Of a stretch of 24,835 nucleotides of DNA, positions 20,380 through 24,835 are shown piece after piece. Position numbers and translations under genes: made by a program. The first letter of the stretch is position 1, and each line of letters opens with the position of its first letter. Source of the DNA: Candidatus Rokuibacteriota bacterium (GTDB taxonomy: Bacteria; Methylomirabilota; Methylomirabilia; Rokubacteriales; DASRDR01). The stretch covers positions 1 to 24,835 of the forward strand of contig JBIOTN010000182.1 in NCBI GenBank assembly GCA_044866005.1, given 5' to 3'. Below the pieces are notes generated by a model. The model saw nothing but the letters and a program-made list of their open reading frames with translations, ran no database searches and was not told the origin of the DNA.

Positions 20380-22416
20380 ATGCGTGCCTGGACGCTGACC
20401 GCGATCCTCCTGGCTCCGCTGTGGCTCGCCGCCGGCCTCCCGGCGGCCCGCGCGGAATCCTCCCCGCCGATCCCCCCGCGGCTCTCCCTGCTGGACGGCC
20501 AGGTCTCGTTCTGGCGGTCGGGGGCCGAAGAGTGGACGGTCGCCCAGCAGAACATCCCGCTCGCGCCGGGGGACCGGCTCTCCACGGGCTCGTCCGGCAG
20601 CCTCGAGATCCAGATCGGCGGCCGGAGCTATGCGCGGGCCTGGGCCGAGACCCAGCTCGGCCTCGACGCCATCGAGCCGGACTACCTGCGGCTCGCGCTC
20701 ACGGCGGGCCACCTGGCCCTCGACATCCGCCAGCTCGATCCCGCGCACACCGTGGCGGTGGCCACGCCCCACGCGGCCTTCTCCATCGAGCAGCCCGGCT
20801 ACTATCGCATCGACGTGACGGCGGACCGCACGTCGTTCGTCACCCGGCGGGGGGGTCGTGCCATGCTCGCGCCGGCCAACGGCCCGGCGTCGCCGATCGG
20901 AGCGAGTGAGCAGGTCGTCGTCCAGGGTCCGCCGGCAGCCACGGTCACGGCTGCCGTCGCCCCCGAGCTCGACGAATGGGACCGATGGAACTACGCCCGC
21001 ACCGAGGCGTTGGTGGCCGGGCCGAGCTCGCGGTACGTCGCGCCCGAGGTCTACGGTGCCTCCGACCTCGACCGCTACGGCACCTGGCGTGTCGCCGAGA
21101 CGTACGGACCCCTCTGGGTCCCCGCGGGGGGGCCGGCCGGCTGGGTCCCCTACAGCAGCGGCAGCTGGATCTCGGACCCCACCTATGGCTGGACGTGGGT
21201 CGACAGTGCGCCCTGGGGGTGGGCTCCGTTTCATTACGGGCGCTGGGTCTTCGTGAACGGTCTCTGGGCCTGGGCGCCCGGACCGGTCGTCGCGGCGCCG
21301 GCGTATGCCCCGGCCCTCGTGGCGTTCTTCGACGACGGCCCGGGGATTCCCGTCGCGAGCCCCGCTGTCGGCTGGGTGGCGCTCTGCTGGGGCGAGCCCG
21401 TGATCCCGTGGTGGGGCCCGCCAGGCTTCGCCGGGATCCCCTGGTGGGCGGGCTGGGGCGGGCCACGCATCGTCAACAACGTGGTGGTGAACCGGACGAC
21501 GATCGTGAACATCCAGAACATCACCGTGTACCGGAACGCGTCGGTCCATAACGCCGTCGTGGCGGTCCCGCGCGAGCGCTTCGGCAGGAGTCCCGTGTCG
21601 CGGGTCCGGCTCGCGCACGCCGACGTCCGCGCCCTGGCTCCGCTCCGCGGCCCGCTGAACATCGCGCCGGGGCGCGCAAGCCTCGCGCCGGAGAGCGCGC
21701 ACGGCCTGACGCCGCCGGGCGATCGGCGTCGGCCGGTGACGGCGACGCGCTCGCCGGGGGAGCCGACGCTCGAGCGTCCCGCGCGCGGTTCCGGGACCCT
21801 GGACGCGCCCCCTGGGCCGCACCCGCGCCGCGACGAGCCGGCGGCACGGGAGGCTCGCGAAGTCCCGGCGGCGCGGCCGGCCGTCGGGGCGAGCCCGGTC
21901 GATCGGCCCCGGCCGCCACTGCCGTCATGGCCTGTCACCCCTGGCGCGCGGCCGCAAGAGCGCGACCACGCCGTGCTACCGCCGGCGCGACCGACCGTCG
22001 CGCCGATTCCCCTCGAGCGGCCACGCCCGCCGGCGTCCCCATCCCTGCCGGTGGCGCGCGGGCTCGACGGACTCACCCCGCGCGGGCCGGAGCCGGGCCG
22101 CTCGCGCGTCACGCCAGCTCCCATGGCACCGCCCGCGAGGACGGTCGCGCCGGAGCGTCGGAGTCCCTCGCCGGCGGCTCCCCTTCGCGTCGAGCCGCCC
22201 CGCGAGCGCGCAGAGCGCGCGCCGGCCCCCGCCGGCCTGACTGCGCCGCCCGCCCGCCTGGCGCCACGCGCCGGGTCGCGGGCGATCCGCGAAGAGCCCG
22301 AGAGCCGCGCCCGCCGCGACCGGGCGGAGCCGGGCGGCGGGTGGGTCGCGCCGTCCCGGGATTCCGCAGCTCCCCACGGCCCGGGGCGGCCCGGCCGGCG
22401 GGAGGACAGCCGCTAG
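20380..22416 (+). CDS. Exported FecR-like/DUF6600-type protein with Pro/Arg-rich C-terminal tail
   Basis: Signal peptide after GAGGAG. RLSLLDGQVSF...NIPLAPGDRLSTG (FecR-like), then DLDRYGTW...WVPYSSGSW...YGWTWVDSAPWGWAPFHYGRW (DUF6600-like), then a low-complexity tail. Confidence 0.82.
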   Translation: MRAWTLTAILLAPLWLAAGLPAARAESSPPIPPRLSLLDGQVSFWRSGAEEWTVAQQNIPLAPGDRLSTGSSGSLEIQIGGRSYARAWAETQLGLDAIEPDYLRLALTAGHLALDIRQLDPAHTVAVATPHAAFSIEQPGYYRIDVTADRTSFVTRRGGRAMLAPANGPASPIGASEQVVVQGPPAATVTAAVAPELDEWDRWNYARTEALVAGPSSRYVAPEVYGASDLDRYGTWRVAETYGPLWVPAGGPAGWVPYSSGSWISDPTYGWTWVDSAPWGWAPFHYGRWVFVNGLWAWAPGPVVAAPAYAPALVAFFDDGPGIPVASPAVGWVALCWGEPVIPWWGPPGFAGIPWWAGWGGPRIVNNVVVNRTTIVNIQNITVYRNASVHNAVVAVPRERFGRSPVSRVRLAHADVRALAPLRGPLNIAPGRASLAPESAHGLTPPGDRRRPVTATRSPGEPTLERPARGSGTLDAPPGPHPRRDEPAAREAREVPAARPAVGASPVDRPRPPLPSWPVTPGARPQERDHAVLPPARPTVAPIPLERPRPPASPSLPVARGLDGLTPRGPEPGRSRVTPAPMAPPARTVAPERRSPSPAAPLRVEPPRERAERAPAPAGLTAPPARLAPRAGSRAIREEPESRARRDRAEPGGGWVAPSRDSAAPHGPGRPGRREDSR

Positions 22417-22557
22417 TTCGTCGGCCCCGGCTGCGGGGCGCGAAGTCCGGGACATCCGCCGGCCTGGCCGCGACGGTCGCTCATCGCTCCCCCCTGTGCT
22501 AGCCTGGGCTCGCCCGGCAATGTGCGTCGAACCTTTCCCGCTCGGGACGTGTCCTCC

Positions 22558-23661
22558 ATGAGATCCCTCCGGCGGAGACCCCTCCGGCGGCGGATCGCCG
22601 CGCTGGCGGCGCGCTATCGGGTCGTCTGGCTCCTCCGCTATCGCGTCCTCCGGCTCGCGCGGTGGCTTCGGCATCCTCGCCGCGGGAGCCAGGCGCGCCC
22701 CGGACCGCTCCCCGGCATGATCTTCCAGCGGGGCGCGCATCACCGGCCACTAGAGGACGTCGAGTGGATCTCGGCGGACGGCGCCGACCACATGAACGGG
22801 GACGATACGGTGCTCGGCCTCGTCGTCGACGGCCGGGCCCGCGCGCTTCCCTGGTGGATCATGAAGAATCACCACGTGGCAAACCTCGTGCTGGAGGGAC
22901 GCTCCATCATGGTGGTCCTGTGCGAGGCATGCGCCGGCGCGGCGGCCTTCGACGCGACGATCGGGGGGAGGCGGCACACCTTCCGCGTCGAGGGCAAGTA
23001 TCGGGCGACACACGTCCTCGGCGACGCCGAGACCATGAGCCTCTGGAGCCCCTTCTGGGGTGAGGCGGTCTACGGGCCGCTCCAGCGCACGCGCCTGGAG
23101 CGGCTGCCGGTCTACCAGTGCACCTGGCGCGAGTGGACGGGCCTGTTCCCCGCGACGCTCGTGCCGGTCGGGCGGGACGAGAGGCGCGACGGACACGGGA
23201 GCGACTTCCCGAGCCCGGCCGTGTGCGAGTTCCCGAGCTTCGCCGAGAAGACGCGCGAGCGGCGGGACCGGCGCCTCCGCGACCTCGAGGTCATCCTCGG
23301 CGTGGCGGTCGACGGCCAGGCCCGGGCATATCCGCTCAGGGCGCTGCACCGGCAGGGACCGGTCCTGAACGACGAGCTGGCGGGTCGCCCCGTGCTGGTC
23401 CTCGCAAAGCCGGCCAGCTGGCTCGCCATCGCGTTCGAGCGCCGGCTCGACGGCCGGGTGATCGCGTTCCGGTCCGGCGCGAGCGAGGCGACGAGCTTTG
23501 CGTTCGAGGACGTCGAGACGGGAAGCCGGTGGGATGTCGCCGGCACGGCCGTGTCCGGGCCGCTCGCCGGTCGCGCGCTTCCCTTCGCGCATTCCGGGAT
23601 CGAGAAGTGGTACGCCTGGGCGGCGGCGCACCCGTACACCGACGTGTTCGAGGGCCGCTGA
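22558..23661 (+). CDS. DUF3179 domain-containing protein
   Basis: VLGLVVDGRARALP...HHVAN...VVLCEACAG...DAETMSLWS...GEAVYGPL...TWREW, and a second repeat ARAYPL...DVETGSRWDVAGTAVSGPLAG. Start is uncertain (22522, 22558 or 22717). Confidence 0.8.
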   Translation: MRSLRRRPLRRRIAALAARYRVVWLLRYRVLRLARWLRHPRRGSQARPGPLPGMIFQRGAHHRPLEDVEWISADGADHMNGDDTVLGLVVDGRARALPWWIMKNHHVANLVLEGRSIMVVLCEACAGAAAFDATIGGRRHTFRVEGKYRATHVLGDAETMSLWSPFWGEAVYGPLQRTRLERLPVYQCTWREWTGLFPATLVPVGRDERRDGHGSDFPSPAVCEFPSFAEKTRERRDRRLRDLEVILGVAVDGQARAYPLRALHRQGPVLNDELAGRPVLVLAKPASWLAIAFERRLDGRVIAFRSGASEATSFAFEDVETGSRWDVAGTAVSGPLAGRALPFAHSGIEKWYAWAAAHPYTDVFEGR

Positions 23662-23747
23662 TCCGCGTCCGATACTCCCCGGCTCGGCCGCGCCCGCTCC
23701 CCTCGCCCGCCCGTGCTCCGTGGCGGCCGCCGGACACCGGCCTCCCG

Positions 23748-23786
23748 AAAAACGACACGCCCGGGCCGCGTGAGCGACCCGGGCGT
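23748..23786 (-). terminator. Rho-independent terminator of the rRNA operon
   Basis: Minus strand ACGCCCGGGTCGC-TCAC-GCGGCCCGGGCGT hairpin followed by GTCGTTTTT, just downstream of 5S. Confidence 0.75.
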
Positions 23787-23797
23787 CTTGGCATGTA

Positions 23798-23915
<118 letters not shown>

Positions 23916-23996
23916 ATCGCTTTGATTCCCGCCTACGAGATCCTCGAGCGCCGTCGCGTCCATCGTGCGCGCCCCGGATGATGATGATGCCATCCG

Positions 23997-24835
<839 letters not shown>

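Noticed and set aside
22558..23661. Possible selenoprotein (some DUF3179 members have Sec)
   Set aside because: The motif is CEAC encoded by TGC codons, with no in-frame TGA.

Overview
Very GC-rich bacterial chromosomal window. Gene content is compatible with Ca. Rokubacteria/Methylomirabilota, but this is an unverified inference; the 23S fragment could settle it. Minus strand, 1-14.8 kb: Tat-exported xanthine-dehydrogenase-family molybdoenzyme (partial) with its 2Fe-2S subunit, a short-chain chromate-transporter pair, a secreted beta-propeller, a Tat sulfatase, an alpha/beta hydrolase, MoaD/ThiS, an MltD-like lytic transglycosylase, a hypothetical exported protein, an LpxL-family acyltransferase, a PiT phosphate transporter, DUF47, DedA and a divergent-type membrane pyrophosphatase. 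Plus strand, 14.9-23.7 kb: a putative Na+/H+ antiporter, YacG, an M50 site-2 protease, a broken oxidoreductase gene, a FecR/DUF6600-like protein and a DUF3179 protein. The window ends in the 3' part of a minus-strand rRNA operon (23S partial, 5S, terminator). The main anomaly is at 17601-20250. One gene (signal peptide + tandem DoxX-like membrane domains + degenerate NDH-2-like flavoprotein + C-terminal cNMP-binding domain, about 882 aa when reconstructed) has its central ~1.24 kb (17811-19054) inverted, with a 1-nt frame offset at the junctions and no visible inverted repeats or recombinase. An unassigned ~120-nt rod-like hairpin with a possible promoter lies just upstream.
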